From assembly GCA_025336685.1 (NCBI GenBank), contig GCA_025336685.1_4717.1: 64,000 nt of DNA. One strand, written 5' to 3'. The position numbers and the translations under genes were made by a program. Origin of the DNA: Escherichia coli (GTDB taxonomy: Bacteria; Pseudomonadota; Gammaproteobacteria; Enterobacterales; Enterobacteriaceae). A model generated the notes under the pieces. That model was not told where the DNA came from, searched no databases, and saw nothing but the letters and a program-made list of their open reading frames with translations. This document shows, piece after piece, positions 1 through 9,965 of this stretch; within the stretch, counting starts at the first letter, position 1, and each line of letters opens with the position of its first letter.

Positions 1-273
1 GTATAAACGTGATTGAGCAATGATCTTTATCCATTGTTGCGGATCGTGTAAATTCACATTTTCAAAACGGGGTGGGGTATTATCTCCGTCGAGTCGGATA
101 TACCCTAAGAGCAATCCCTCATGGTGTCCTCGACGTATTTCGATATGTGGTTTGAGGAAGGTATGATTGTCTGGTGGATACCAGCTTACGGTGTAATAAT
201 GGTTTCCTGAAACAACGATTTCGTGAACGGTTTTTGTTTCATCGTCAATAATCGCGTTTACGCAGGGAATCAT
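1..273 (-). CDS. hypothetical protein, partial (start in window, continues past left edge)
   Basis: Open frame on minus strand from ATG at 273-271 to position 1 with no stop (91 codons, hand-translated MIPCVNAIIDDETK...); ATG overlaps the stop of the upstream gene (TAATG). Confidence 0.4.
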   Translation of the reverse strand, partial: MIPCVNAIIDDETKTVHEIVVSGNHYYTVSWYPPDNHTFLKPHIEIRRGHHEGLLLGYIRLDGDNTPPRFENVNLHDPQQWIKIIAQSRLY

Positions 274-872
274 TAATTTTTGAAGCATGGGACATAAACC
301 TCCATCAACATCGCATAAAGCGCACCAAGCCCATGCAGGACTCGGTCAGGTGCAAAGGTTGGTGTGTAACATACTTGTTCGGTTGGTGCTTGTTGACGTA
401 AGTCTAACGGGTCTCCGTTGATAAGCATCTGCAGGAGATCAACATCATCTTGCAATGTATCCTCATCGATGTATGCATCAACAAAAAGCAATCGGTGTAA
501 CTGTTCCGGTTTAATTGAGATACCTACAACCATGCAGTTGTTGTAGGTGGCGTTGTCCAGAAAGAAGTGAATGACACCCGCTTGTGGATCGCCGTTGTAA
601 TGCAGCCATCGCGTAAAGCCAGCCGACATCATCCACAGCGGATTGTGTTGTAGCGCACTGACGACGCGGGTCTCGAATTCCAAACCGAACTTCTGGAAGA
701 TTGCGCCCATCTGGAAACGATCTTCATCGAGACGGTAACGGAATATACAAGCATCCGATCCCGTTGAGTTGTCGTACACCGAAAGATACCCACGATGGAT
801 TTCCACGGTAACATTGTTGTCGTCAAGCGTGGCGCTCGCAACACCGTTAGAAAAGGTTGGAACAAAGCTCAT
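273..872 (-). CDS. hypothetical protein (199 aa)
   Basis: ORF track; 4-nt overlap with upstream ORF 869..1420 suggests translational coupling in an operon. Confidence 0.5.
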   Translation of the reverse strand: MSFVPTFSNGVASATLDDNNVTVEIHRGYLSVYDNSTGSDACIFRYRLDEDRFQMGAIFQKFGLEFETRVVSALQHNPLWMMSAGFTRWLHYNGDPQAGVIHFFLDNATYNNCMVVGISIKPEQLHRLLFVDAYIDEDTLQDDVDLLQMLINGDPLDLRQQAPTEQVCYTPTFAPDRVLHGLGALYAMLMEVYVPCFKN

Positions 873-1420
873 CTTGTAATCCTTAATTTACCTGAATGAA
901 TTATCGTTGATGGGTCTACGACGCGACCGTATTTCGCATTGCGTAATACACGATGCCCGAAGAAGTCCGCGGTTTCCAAAACAACCGTGTAACAACCCAG
1001 CTGATGTTGGTGTCCCCAAAACCGTTCAATGGGGATCCAGCATGGCGTCATGCCTTTGTGTCGCCAATCCGTAACACAGCCGAATTCAGCAAACTGTTCA
1101 GTAAACCACTCGTCAATATCGGTATCCGTAAAGAGAAACACGTGGTTTTTAACCAGATAAGCGAACCCTGGATAAAAAAGCTGAGGGTCATCCGGGTCAC
1201 GAAGGTAAACACGAAGTTTGTCTAGCGTACCCTCGATAACGATCGTATCGGGTAATCCCGGCGGTGTGAACCGAAGTTGGAAGTTATCCTCGTTTGCCGA
1301 GGCGTTAACCAAATACCCCAATTGAAGGGGTCGATGCAATTCGAAAAGGTTAAACGTTAATGCATATTCGATATACTCTAATCCTATATTCATGTCTGAC
1401 CTATGTGGTATGGACGGCAT
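869..1420 (-). CDS. hypothetical protein (183 aa)
   Basis: ORF track; first gene of a minus-strand run, divergent from 1526..2770. Confidence 0.5.
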   Translation of the reverse strand: MPSIPHRSDMNIGLEYIEYALTFNLFELHRPLQLGYLVNASANEDNFQLRFTPPGLPDTIVIEGTLDKLRVYLRDPDDPQLFYPGFAYLVKNHVFLFTDTDIDEWFTEQFAEFGCVTDWRHKGMTPCWIPIERFWGHQHQLGCYTVVLETADFFGHRVLRNAKYGRVVDPSTIIHSGKLRITR

Positions 1421-1525
1421 TGCATTGCCTTCCGCGAGTGTAATCAGGAAGGTAATGTAGGTTTATTTTAATCTCCATTTCGCGATGATATGACAGTCTT
1501 TATTACGTTTACCATCTGAGGGAGC

Positions 1526-2770
1526 ATGCTCATGTCTTCTATTTTACAGGTGTTTAATGCGCATGCGGAAGGCATTGACATCGACGAGTATTTTGTTAAT
1601 CAGGTTATCCGTTACGCGACACGCTTCCGCACGCAAGACCAAGAACACATGCGTTTTTTCGGTGGGGTTCTGTTAGGTGTGCAGAAAATCCGATTCACAA
1701 CAAGACATAACGATATGTGGTTTTCCGACGTCTTGATGATGGATGAAGAAAGCTTACGACGCGATTTGAGTAAACTGCCCTTTTACAATACGCAGACCAA
1801 CCGTGTTGCCTCAAACGCATTTAACCTAAGTTGCTGTTGGTTGCTTTATGCGATTTTCCATAGCAAACAAATCAAAAAAGAAAAGGTTCGTGAGGCCGGG
1901 ATGCTTGCTGCAATGCAAGTCCTTCATTATAAATTCATTTGCGGTCTGGTAGCACGACGTTATCCTTATAACGCTGATCCGGCTATCGCTATTAAGGCGT
2001 ACGATGAGTTAACGCTCAAATCAGGTATCAAACGCATGAATAGCTGGAATGAGTACATTGACGAACGCTGTAATGCCATCATTGCGCGTAATAGCACACA
2101 TTTCAGTCGCTGGTCAACCCTGGAACCAGATAGTGTCGCCGAACGTTTTGTACGTGATGTGAATACCGGAATCCGTAAAGTTATCAACCGTATCACCGAT
2201 ACGTACTACGCGATGTACGAAGAAGGTAAGAAGATAGGCACGTCCTCTCAAACCGTAGAATTAGACGATGGTCTTGCTGTTCGCGATATTAAACGCAATG
2301 AAACCACTTACCGTCAATATCTGTTCGAAATCGCTTATGACCGGACAAGTTTCGTTAAACGCGAACTCATGGTCGTCATCCTCGACGTGCATCATACTAC
2401 CAATCTCCTATCCCTTGAGCGAGCGTTAAGCTATATCAGCGCTAACGTAGAGCGGCCAACAAAAGACGGAAAGCAGGTCTCTCAGATGTTGAGGCTTGTA
2501 ATGGAACATGCTATCGAGTATATCATCTTGAATAAGGTTGATATGCGCGATCTTACGTTCTTATTCTACATGCGTAACGTGTATACGTCTAACCGCACTA
2601 GCAACCCGAAACTGTTAGAGCTGCGTAAACTCGGCTCTGAAGTCATTAAGAAAGCAACCAACGCGAGAAACGACGCTGAAGCTGCAGCGACACGCACAGG
2701 TGTCTTTCTGTATATCCTGCTTCGGGTGTTTAGCCGCAACTATTACGTTCGTCGCGCGATGTCTCGCTAA
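1526..2770 (+). CDS. hypothetical protein (414 aa)
   Basis: Long ORF on plus strand flanked by minus-strand genes; followed by hairpin at 2923..2951. Confidence 0.55.
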   Translation: MLMSSILQVFNAHAEGIDIDEYFVNQVIRYATRFRTQDQEHMRFFGGVLLGVQKIRFTTRHNDMWFSDVLMMDEESLRRDLSKLPFYNTQTNRVASNAFNLSCCWLLYAIFHSKQIKKEKVREAGMLAAMQVLHYKFICGLVARRYPYNADPAIAIKAYDELTLKSGIKRMNSWNEYIDERCNAIIARNSTHFSRWSTLEPDSVAERFVRDVNTGIRKVINRITDTYYAMYEEGKKIGTSSQTVELDDGLAVRDIKRNETTYRQYLFEIAYDRTSFVKRELMVVILDVHHTTNLLSLERALSYISANVERPTKDGKQVSQMLRLVMEHAIEYIILNKVDMRDLTFLFYMRNVYTSNRTSNPKLLELRKLGSEVIKKATNARNDAEAAATRTGVFLYILLRVFSRNYYVRRAMSR

Positions 2771-2922
2771 CAATGTAACAGTAAAACTTTACTGATGTTG
2801 GTTATTATTTGAAGCATAGGGCTTCACCCAGGAGTACCATCCCTGTAAGTCGTTTGTCCTCTCCTGGTTAACTGTCGTTCTCTCACAGTGCTCGACAGAC
2901 CAAAAATGCTCAAGCCTCATAG

Positions 2923-2951
2923 CCTCCTCTGGGAATGGAACCCAGAGGAGG
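2923..2951. terminator. GC-rich hairpin (CCTCCTCTGGG / CCCAGAGGAGG, 11-bp stem, 7-nt loop)
   Basis: Perfect inverted repeat read directly; lies between convergent genes 1526..2770 (+) and 2964..3284 (-). No strong U-run, so terminator function is tentative. Confidence 0.4.
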
Positions 2952-2963
2952 ACTATGTTTGCT

Positions 2964-3284
2964 TTAAAATTCAATGCGACCCTTAGTTGTAAACAATACA
3001 CCTCTTTGCCAACAGAAAAGATCCTCCGATTGAGCGCAAACACGAATACCCGCATCGAATAGATGTTTTGTTCTGGCGCTTAAACAATCTGGATCTTCTA
3101 CATACAACAGAAGACGTTGGCATTTATTTTGAATGCGTTCGACAAGGATGTTCTTATCGCTTAAAATAAAATGCGCGTTATCTGTTAAGTTGTCGTCGGT
3201 TTCCAGCTGCCCGACAAGTTTGATTAAAATACGTAATTGCTCAAGTGTGTCATGATCAAATGAATCGCCCATGGCGTACCTCAA
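2964..3284 (-). CDS. small hypothetical protein (about 100 aa; start may be the second Met)
   Basis: ORF track; immediately downstream of the terminase gene on the same strand and followed by the 2923..2951 hairpin. Confidence 0.35.
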   Translation of the reverse strand: MRYAMGDSFDHDTLEQLRILIKLVGQLETDDNLTDNAHFILSDKNILVERIQNKCQRLLLYVEDPDCLSARTKHLFDAGIRVCAQSEDLFCWQRGVLFTTKGRIEF

Positions 3285-3331
3285 CGTTATACGTCGTTAG
3301 TATTATAATACGTTATAGTCTCCCTGCCGGT

Positions 3332-5584
3332 TTAACGGGGAGTCTGCGGACTACTCTTAGAAACCTCCGGTCGGTATTGGCCCATCGTCATCCACGCGTT
3401 ACGAGAAATATTCCGTTCGTTCGAAGAGCGACTTATTTGACGATACGTATTCGCTCGTTCCTCCCTTGCTTTCGTAATCATCGCGTCGATAGAGACAGAC
3501 GCTGAATCCTCCCCGCGTATTTTTCCTTTATAGGTAAGAAGCTCCGCCTCCAACCGATCCAAGATAAGGCCATTGGTTTCGGTCTTAAGCAGCTCATAGA
3601 TTTCAGCAACGCGTTGACGTAGCTTCGCCTGCTGTTGGTTAAGATAAGCTTCATACGGATCTATTTCACCCGTCACAGATGCCGGTAAACGACTCATGAC
3701 TTTAAGCGGATCGATACCGTAATGAATCTGTTTCTTAGCACGCTTGATGAACCACATCGCTAACATCCATGCGAACGTCATGTCATCGTGCATTCCATCC
3801 TGGTGGTCGACACGCCCATCTTTGATAACCAATCCGAGAATCTCGGAACACAGCATCTTATCGCGTAACTGCCCGCGGGTTTCTACGATACCTTCCATCA
3901 AGATGTCGGAGTACAACTCCATGCGTTTGCGTGCATCCGTCGTGAAGCCCAAGTGTCGTTTACGCTGAGCGTACCAACTTTCATCACGCATGCTCAACGG
4001 CAGTTTCAGGTCTTCGAACATTGCTGGATTATCAGCATGTCTGTCCACAATCGTGTTGTATACACGTTTGAATACGTCGATGCCTGCTTGCCGCAAGAAC
4101 TCTTCAATTGCGTCTAACAACATGATTGCACTGCTCTTACGTTCGGGAATCAACGTAACGTTCTTATAGCGCATCATGAAGTTGGCCATCCAACGAGCAA
4201 AAGAAAGCAGACTCAGTTTATTAAAACGTCCTGTCGCAACAACTTCTGCTGTTTCCACATCCACCATCACCAAACCGATCGCGTCACGACCTATCGCGTC
4301 ACTGGTATCTAAACCAGCAACCACCTTGTTGTTCTGCATGTATGTCTCGATTTGACCTCGAGGTATATACCAGTTAATGCAGTAGCCTTCAGGTGAGATC
4401 TCGATATGGTCGATTTCACGTTGTCCTGCCATGATCATCTCAACCATCTCAGCGGTTAACGGGCTTTCTGCTGAACCGTTGGTCCAAATGTTCATGTAGT
4501 CACGGTCTTTCTGAAGCTTATCACCTTCCGTTTCGTTCATGGTTTTTGCTAACCATTCGTCACTGAATCCTAATTGAGCATGGTTCCATTGTGCCCCGAT
4601 CCTGACGGTCGCCTTGCTAAGTTCACACGGTACGTTGTTCAATACCGTCTGATGCAGATGCTTTTCGTTACGGCAGTCAAAGAAACTTTCAGAAAACGGT
4701 GCGGAACGCATGAAAACTTCATAAGCCCATTTACCCTCGCGTTTATCCAATTCACCTGCTGTTGTCGTATAGATGATACTTGTCAGGTCGCCGTTGCTTA
4801 ATGCTTCATCGCGTGCTGCACCCATCGCACCGATACCGGCAGGGACAATGATTTCGATGTATTTCGTAAACGCGGTTTCGTCGCTATGGAATATCGGGGT
4901 TGTTAGACCACGACCGATGTTTGTTGCTTGTTTCTTATCCGAACGTGGAATCTTTACCGATAACTTGTTCTTGAAACGTGTGTAGGTTACGTTCTCTTTG
5001 TTCGATGAATCACGGCTATCCAGCGTCCAGAGATACGCAGGCAGTAGATCACGTATACTACGCACGTCTTCTACTGTTTTCGTACGGGCATCACCGTCTT
5101 TTGTTAACTGAATAACCTCGGTGTTTCGACTACGAACATAGGTTAGATAGCAGAACAATCCTAACATGGTCATGGATTTACCCGTCTGACGTATCTGTAT
5201 CTGATACCAGTTCGTTCGGGTAAATATCCCCCAAAGCATCGGAATGTTACCGCGGTTAGCACGGAACGAGATCTTGTTATCACCCGCCTTAGCCGGAACC
5301 CGCATCACTTCACGGAAGAAGTACCATGGGTTAAGGTAACACTCCGCACTGATCATCTGAATCTGTTCTGACGTCAAATTCGGTGCGTGGGGATCAACAC
5401 CGATTAATCTTGGGTTTAATAGCGCCATGAAAAACGCAGAGTTTCGGACACCGAATTCACGACGATACAAGATCGCTAAATCACGCCAACTTGTGTTTGT
5501 TGTTTCCCAGTGTGGAACAGCTTGAGGAAAATAATCCCAATCTTCCTCAAACAAGATGATTTTCTTCGGATCGACAATCGACAT
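3332..5584 (-). CDS. terL: terminase large subunit (ATPase plus nuclease)
   Basis: 750 aa; Walker A-like IRQTGKS near N-terminus as in T4 gp17-type terminases; C-terminal acidic nuclease-like segment (DHQDGMHDDMTFAWMLAMW); GGAGGAG Shine-Dalgarno 6 nt before ATG. Confidence 0.85.
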   Translation of the reverse strand: MSIVDPKKIILFEEDWDYFPQAVPHWETTNTSWRDLAILYRREFGVRNSAFFMALLNPRLIGVDPHAPNLTSEQIQMISAECYLNPWYFFREVMRVPAKAGDNKISFRANRGNIPMLWGIFTRTNWYQIQIRQTGKSMTMLGLFCYLTYVRSRNTEVIQLTKDGDARTKTVEDVRSIRDLLPAYLWTLDSRDSSNKENVTYTRFKNKLSVKIPRSDKKQATNIGRGLTTPIFHSDETAFTKYIEIIVPAGIGAMGAARDEALSNGDLTSIIYTTTAGELDKREGKWAYEVFMRSAPFSESFFDCRNEKHLHQTVLNNVPCELSKATVRIGAQWNHAQLGFSDEWLAKTMNETEGDKLQKDRDYMNIWTNGSAESPLTAEMVEMIMAGQREIDHIEISPEGYCINWYIPRGQIETYMQNNKVVAGLDTSDAIGRDAIGLVMVDVETAEVVATGRFNKLSLLSFARWMANFMMRYKNVTLIPERKSSAIMLLDAIEEFLRQAGIDVFKRVYNTIVDRHADNPAMFEDLKLPLSMRDESWYAQRKRHLGFTTDARKRMELYSDILMEGIVETRGQLRDKMLCSEILGLVIKDGRVDHQDGMHDDMTFAWMLAMWFIKRAKKQIHYGIDPLKVMSRLPASVTGEIDPYEAYLNQQQAKLRQRVAEIYELLKTETNGLILDRLEAELLTYKGKIRGEDSASVSIDAMITKAREERANTYRQISRSSNERNISRNAWMTMGQYRPEVSKSSPQTPR

Positions 5585-5596
5585 ATAAACTCCTCC

Positions 5597-5623
5597 GATG
5601 GAGGGTGCCGAGCACCCTCCATC
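5597..5623 (-). promoter_or_regulatory. stable hairpin (11-bp stem GATGGAGGGTG / CACCCTCCATC) abutting the terminase RBS
   Basis: Perfect inverted repeat; on the minus-strand transcript it sits directly 5' of the GGAGGAG SD of terL, between the 579 aa gene and terL. Confidence 0.4.
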
Positions 5624-5634
5624 GTTGTATTACC

Positions 5635-7374
5635 TTATGCGACTTTACTAATAACGACTGCGGTGATACCAAGATGTAGGTCAACGCCATTCTGTACTTT
5701 AATCCAGCGGATATACAGGTTAGCGTTATCCTGTCCCGTACCACCTGGGACGTTATTGTTCTTATTCCATTGTGAGATTTCGAAACGTTTCTGCACGTTA
5801 GGACCAACCATGATTTCAAAATGGGTCGGTTCTGGCGCTTTCGATTCCGTCTTCTCAAGATAGAGCGGATGTGTCGCGTAGTAAAGCTGGTTCAACCATT
5901 CACCCAGATCTGAGTGTTTGTTCGTCAAGTCAACATACGCGTTACCAGCAACATCGTAAGTAAACAACGCTTTCGTGTTACGGCCATACACGTCCGTTGT
6001 CGTCGGCGTTGTTTGCGAACTAAATGTTACTGTCCAGTAATCACCGGATGTTGCCGAACCTGCTTGCAGTAACGTCATTCGAATAGTCTGCGTATGACGT
6101 ACGCGTTTGTAAACGGTAGGATCGACTTCATCTAACCAGATATTGTACGCAAATTCCTGGGGTTGTCCGTATTTCTTCGGATTAAACTCAGGACTGTTCA
6201 GTGCCAATTGTACTTTATCGGTTACGTTGTAGTATCGCTCACGGTCAACGTTGTACAACCAGAATACCAGCTCATATCCCACTGCATCAGATACCCATTG
6301 CGGATAGCAGAACAGTTTAACACTGTATGCCCCTTTCGCTTCTTTAGAAACAACTGTATAAGGGACACTAATATGTTTCACTGCACCAGGTAACGCGTAG
6401 GATGTGTCCTCATCGTCGTCCAGGTAGTAGTGTAACGCCAGCGGATGTTTGCTGTTGATGACCTGGGACGTGAAGACGTTAAGACCATCCAATACAACCT
6501 TGTTACCAGTAACCGGCCAATGTTTAATGGAGCCGTCACTGTAAGTGACTTCAGCCTGAAGGTCAACGGAGTCCAGGTTGACGTTGATCGGCAACTCAAG
6601 CAGTTTGGTATCGCTGCTGCTCAGCCACGTTGACTTCAGTCGTACCCCGTCTTCCAGAATATATTTAATACCCTGGTCTGGAGTGCGTACGTAGTCAGTG
6701 ATACGAACGATCATGCGCTTCATGGATAACGGCTGCGGACCGTCACCATAACCCACTACCATCACCTGCTCAAAATCTTCGACGGGTTTAATGCAGTAAC
6801 CTTCGCGGGGTGCCCAGATGGCTTTATTCGTTCCGTCTTTGTAAGCGATAAGCTGACACGGAATGAAGTCACTGATCTTATTTCCGCTGTTGTCATACAT
6901 TGCACTGATGATTTCGCCTTTGGCGCTAATATCAGAACCACGGAACACCGCGATACGTCGAATATCCGAACCATGTAGATGGAAACGACGATCGATATTC
7001 ATCGTAGCTGGGATCGTGTTCGTATTAATCAATACACGCCATGTGTCGTACGACCACGTCGGATCGATACCTTCAAAGGTTGTCGTCCCATCGCCCTGAC
7101 CGTCGAACGGAGCAGATAGCTGACCGATAAGTTTAAGGGTACTTAGCTTCGTACGATCATCTACAGCGATAACACGGTATACCGCATTCGTATCCCAGTC
7201 TTCAACCTTATCATCCACGTTGGGAACATAAAGTTTCCAGTCTTCTTCAACGCCATTATAGATCTCTTTATACGCATAGGTGGTATAGCGTCTGTCGAGA
7301 TCCTGAATAGCGAGTTTATCCGGATGCTGTTGTGCGTAAAGCACCGGATTGGTAATTTCTCTTCCCATTATCAC
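5635..7374 (-). CDS. hypothetical protein, putative virion structural protein (579 aa)
   Basis: Long ORF in the same operon as terminase and an 864 aa ORF (4-nt overlap with the upstream gene); no recognised catalytic motif. Confidence 0.5.
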   Translation of the reverse strand: MIMGREITNPVLYAQQHPDKLAIQDLDRRYTTYAYKEIYNGVEEDWKLYVPNVDDKVEDWDTNAVYRVIAVDDRTKLSTLKLIGQLSAPFDGQGDGTTTFEGIDPTWSYDTWRVLINTNTIPATMNIDRRFHLHGSDIRRIAVFRGSDISAKGEIISAMYDNSGNKISDFIPCQLIAYKDGTNKAIWAPREGYCIKPVEDFEQVMVVGYGDGPQPLSMKRMIVRITDYVRTPDQGIKYILEDGVRLKSTWLSSSDTKLLELPINVNLDSVDLQAEVTYSDGSIKHWPVTGNKVVLDGLNVFTSQVINSKHPLALHYYLDDDEDTSYALPGAVKHISVPYTVVSKEAKGAYSVKLFCYPQWVSDAVGYELVFWLYNVDRERYYNVTDKVQLALNSPEFNPKKYGQPQEFAYNIWLDEVDPTVYKRVRHTQTIRMTLLQAGSATSGDYWTVTFSSQTTPTTTDVYGRNTKALFTYDVAGNAYVDLTNKHSDLGEWLNQLYYATHPLYLEKTESKAPEPTHFEIMVGPNVQKRFEISQWNKNNNVPGGTGQDNANLYIRWIKVQNGVDLHLGITAVVISKVA

Positions 7375-9965
7375 TCACCTTTGATTGTGTAAAACTTCGT
7401 GAAGTCCACGCGATCTTTCAAGAACTCACGACTGACACGTTCTAAGAATCGCAGTTGTTTAACCGTAACTTCGAGCGGTGTCCAACTGTCGTGTGGATGA
7501 ATAGAAACCATCCGCCAATCGTATTTACGTAACGCAGGATCATAGTCATAGAACCATTTATACGGCTCCATGAAATCCATCAGTTTAACGTCCTGCATAT
7601 CAGGATCGGGATCGATAACACCGTTGATGAGATCGTACGTTACAGCCATCAGCGTTGGACTGATAAGCTGGTATTTGTTTTCAATCGTTACCGGCGTATC
7701 ATACTTCACACGAGGGAAATACAAGGACATATAGTCTTCAACGCGTTTATCGGTTTCAAGACTTTTGTCGCGTAGATAATACGTGTCTGTGTTCACGAGA
7801 CCGCGGATAGGGGCAATAACACGGTAAATCGCATAAGGCACCCCGTCGTTGACTTTGATGTCGGTCGGGTATTGCGTGTCCTCTGCGGTAACCACTTCGC
7901 TACGATCGTAAATACGTCCACCAACCACAACACGAACAACATGGTCATCACGAACATTAAACACGTCGTCGTAAGAAAGCTGACCGTGCATCGTCCAACC
8001 AGTATCGTAAACAGCTTCACCGGTTAAGTCCGCGCGCGGAAAACCGGTGCATCTCACGGTAACCGTGTGTGTGTTCCCTTCACTGAAATAACGTTTCGCG
8101 TTGATCATGATCGTTGGCCATTTTACGATATAATCAATATCGCGCACCAAGCTGTAGCTTTTGGTTGCTCGCTCGTCACCTAACCACACTTCGATTTGAC
8201 CAGGTTCGAACGGCAGCGGGTATTCAACATCGATACCCGTGGTAACATCCAACCATACGGTGTGGTTACGATGTTGTATTGTGGTCTTATACGCTAAGAA
8301 GTAGGTGTCGAACAACACTAAACCGGTTTGCTTTCTTCCATCCAACGACCATTTTATTACCCCGTTCTCTTCCGTTACCACAGAAGCATCGTCGGTAACA
8401 TCCTTCCATGTGTTCGCAACAGGTTGTCCGTTACGAAGGTTTACGCTATAGCAACGGTAACTCGCCCATTCACGGATTGGGACGTCGGCAACACCCATCA
8501 CGTAATCGAGCGTTCTTCCACCAACACCCGATCGACCCTCAACATAGGACGTGGTTTCATATTGCGGATAAAAAAGTCGACCTGCGGGATGTTGCGTGAT
8601 ACCCAATAACAGACCGTTACTGTCGTACTCGAAGAACGTCGCGTTTGCACGCAATCCCCATGGTACTTCAGCCGCGGGTGTGCCCATTTTGTCAGTAACA
8701 CGTTGGGGGCTGTCTGCAACCAGTTTCGCCATCGCGTTATACCCGTAAGCAGAGGTCACCATGTCGATCGTGATATTGCTTTCCTTATTACGCATGATAC
8801 GCGTATAGTCACTGGCTTCAAGCGTACGTGCAAAGAACTCAGGTATATTGGCGTTCTGTTCCAACATCGCACCGACGATAACGTCGTCTGGAAGTTTATA
8901 CAATTCGTGGATGCGGTTATGTTCAAAGGTTAAATACGTTTTCAAACCGCTATCACGGACAACCACTTCCAGGGTTAAATCACGAAGCGAATCCGCACCA
9001 TCAATTCGTTCAACGAAATAGCTGACGTAATCAACAGGAATCCCATAATCACGATGTGTGAGCATGCGGATACTGTTTTCCTGGTTGGTGTGGTAATAAC
9101 GTCCTTTTCCGTTAGGGCCTTTCACGTAGATATCAACGTCATCACGATATTGGATTTTAGTATCCACTTCATCTTTCGGTGGGTGAATAAGATACTTCAC
9201 TTTTTTATCCAGATCGCTGTTGTACGTTTTAAGATCTTCTACACGGAAGCTATATCGATGTACAACCGTACCGTCATAGACGACTTGAATGCTATCACCG
9301 ATCTTAAAACTTGACGGTGGGATATCATCAACCGCTTCACCGTTGATGCTGCAATGCGTCCAACCGATTCCGGTTTCCTGGATCTTTTTACGCCATGCGT
9401 ATAGCTGACGTTGCCACTGCAGAACCTGTGTTGAACTGGTTACAATCCCCCCAAGGACATGCACTTCGCGTCCCGTCGGTTTCGTGTATGATGGATAACC
9501 TTCCGCGAAGTCAGCATTGAGATAGGTGCGCCAGTAATAATCACCAACGCCAAGGTCAGCGATATTCGGTTGGTCTAGCACACAGACCAACATCGTTTCG
9601 TTTTCCAGATTACCTGTCCATGTCAATGTCAGCGGGAATTCTTTACCGTCCTCAGTATAGATGTTGTAATATGAACCCTTCACTTCGCAGAACTTGCTGA
9701 GTTCTCGCCACCACAACCGCCCAGCCCCGACATTAAAATCCTCACCCATATGTCGTCCGATAACAAACACATGGAACGTATTCGTGTCGTCAGGAAGATT
9801 GAATGTACGATGCCAAGCTGTAAAGTTTTTTACGGCACCGGTCTTTCCGGTAATACGACGCATCTTGATACGATGCTGGTTGTCCATTAATGGACGACAG
9901 TTCACATTCAGCGCAGCATGATTTATCAAGTATTGCGCTGTAGGATTAGAAGCGTTCAACACCAC
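7371..9965 (-). CDS. hypothetical protein, putative virion structural protein (864 aa)
   Basis: Long uninterrupted ORF; overlaps neighbours by 4 and 20 nt; position between sheath region and terminase. Confidence 0.5.
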   Translation of the reverse strand: MVLNASNPTAQYLINHAALNVNCRPLMDNQHRIKMRRITGKTGAVKNFTAWHRTFNLPDDTNTFHVFVIGRHMGEDFNVGAGRLWWRELSKFCEVKGSYYNIYTEDGKEFPLTLTWTGNLENETMLVCVLDQPNIADLGVGDYYWRTYLNADFAEGYPSYTKPTGREVHVLGGIVTSSTQVLQWQRQLYAWRKKIQETGIGWTHCSINGEAVDDIPPSSFKIGDSIQVVYDGTVVHRYSFRVEDLKTYNSDLDKKVKYLIHPPKDEVDTKIQYRDDVDIYVKGPNGKGRYYHTNQENSIRMLTHRDYGIPVDYVSYFVERIDGADSLRDLTLEVVVRDSGLKTYLTFEHNRIHELYKLPDDVIVGAMLEQNANIPEFFARTLEASDYTRIMRNKESNITIDMVTSAYGYNAMAKLVADSPQRVTDKMGTPAAEVPWGLRANATFFEYDSNGLLLGITQHPAGRLFYPQYETTSYVEGRSGVGGRTLDYVMGVADVPIREWASYRCYSVNLRNGQPVANTWKDVTDDASVVTEENGVIKWSLDGRKQTGLVLFDTYFLAYKTTIQHRNHTVWLDVTTGIDVEYPLPFEPGQIEVWLGDERATKSYSLVRDIDYIVKWPTIMINAKRYFSEGNTHTVTVRCTGFPRADLTGEAVYDTGWTMHGQLSYDDVFNVRDDHVVRVVVGGRIYDRSEVVTAEDTQYPTDIKVNDGVPYAIYRVIAPIRGLVNTDTYYLRDKSLETDKRVEDYMSLYFPRVKYDTPVTIENKYQLISPTLMAVTYDLINGVIDPDPDMQDVKLMDFMEPYKWFYDYDPALRKYDWRMVSIHPHDSWTPLEVTVKQLRFLERVSREFLKDRVDFTKFYTIKGE

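Noticed and set aside
629-865. Numerous 60-140 aa ORFs in the six-frame track nested inside or antisense to long ORFs (for example 629..865, 953..1225, 1966..2196, 11187..11552, 32739..33344).
   Set aside because: They overlap much longer ORFs with operon context and functional motifs, and lack independent support, so I treat them as frame-shadow ORFs.
2789-3055. 88 aa minus-strand ORF overlapping the 2923..2951 hairpin and the 2964..3284 ORF.
   Set aside because: It runs through a perfect 11-bp hairpin and overlaps the better-placed small ORF.
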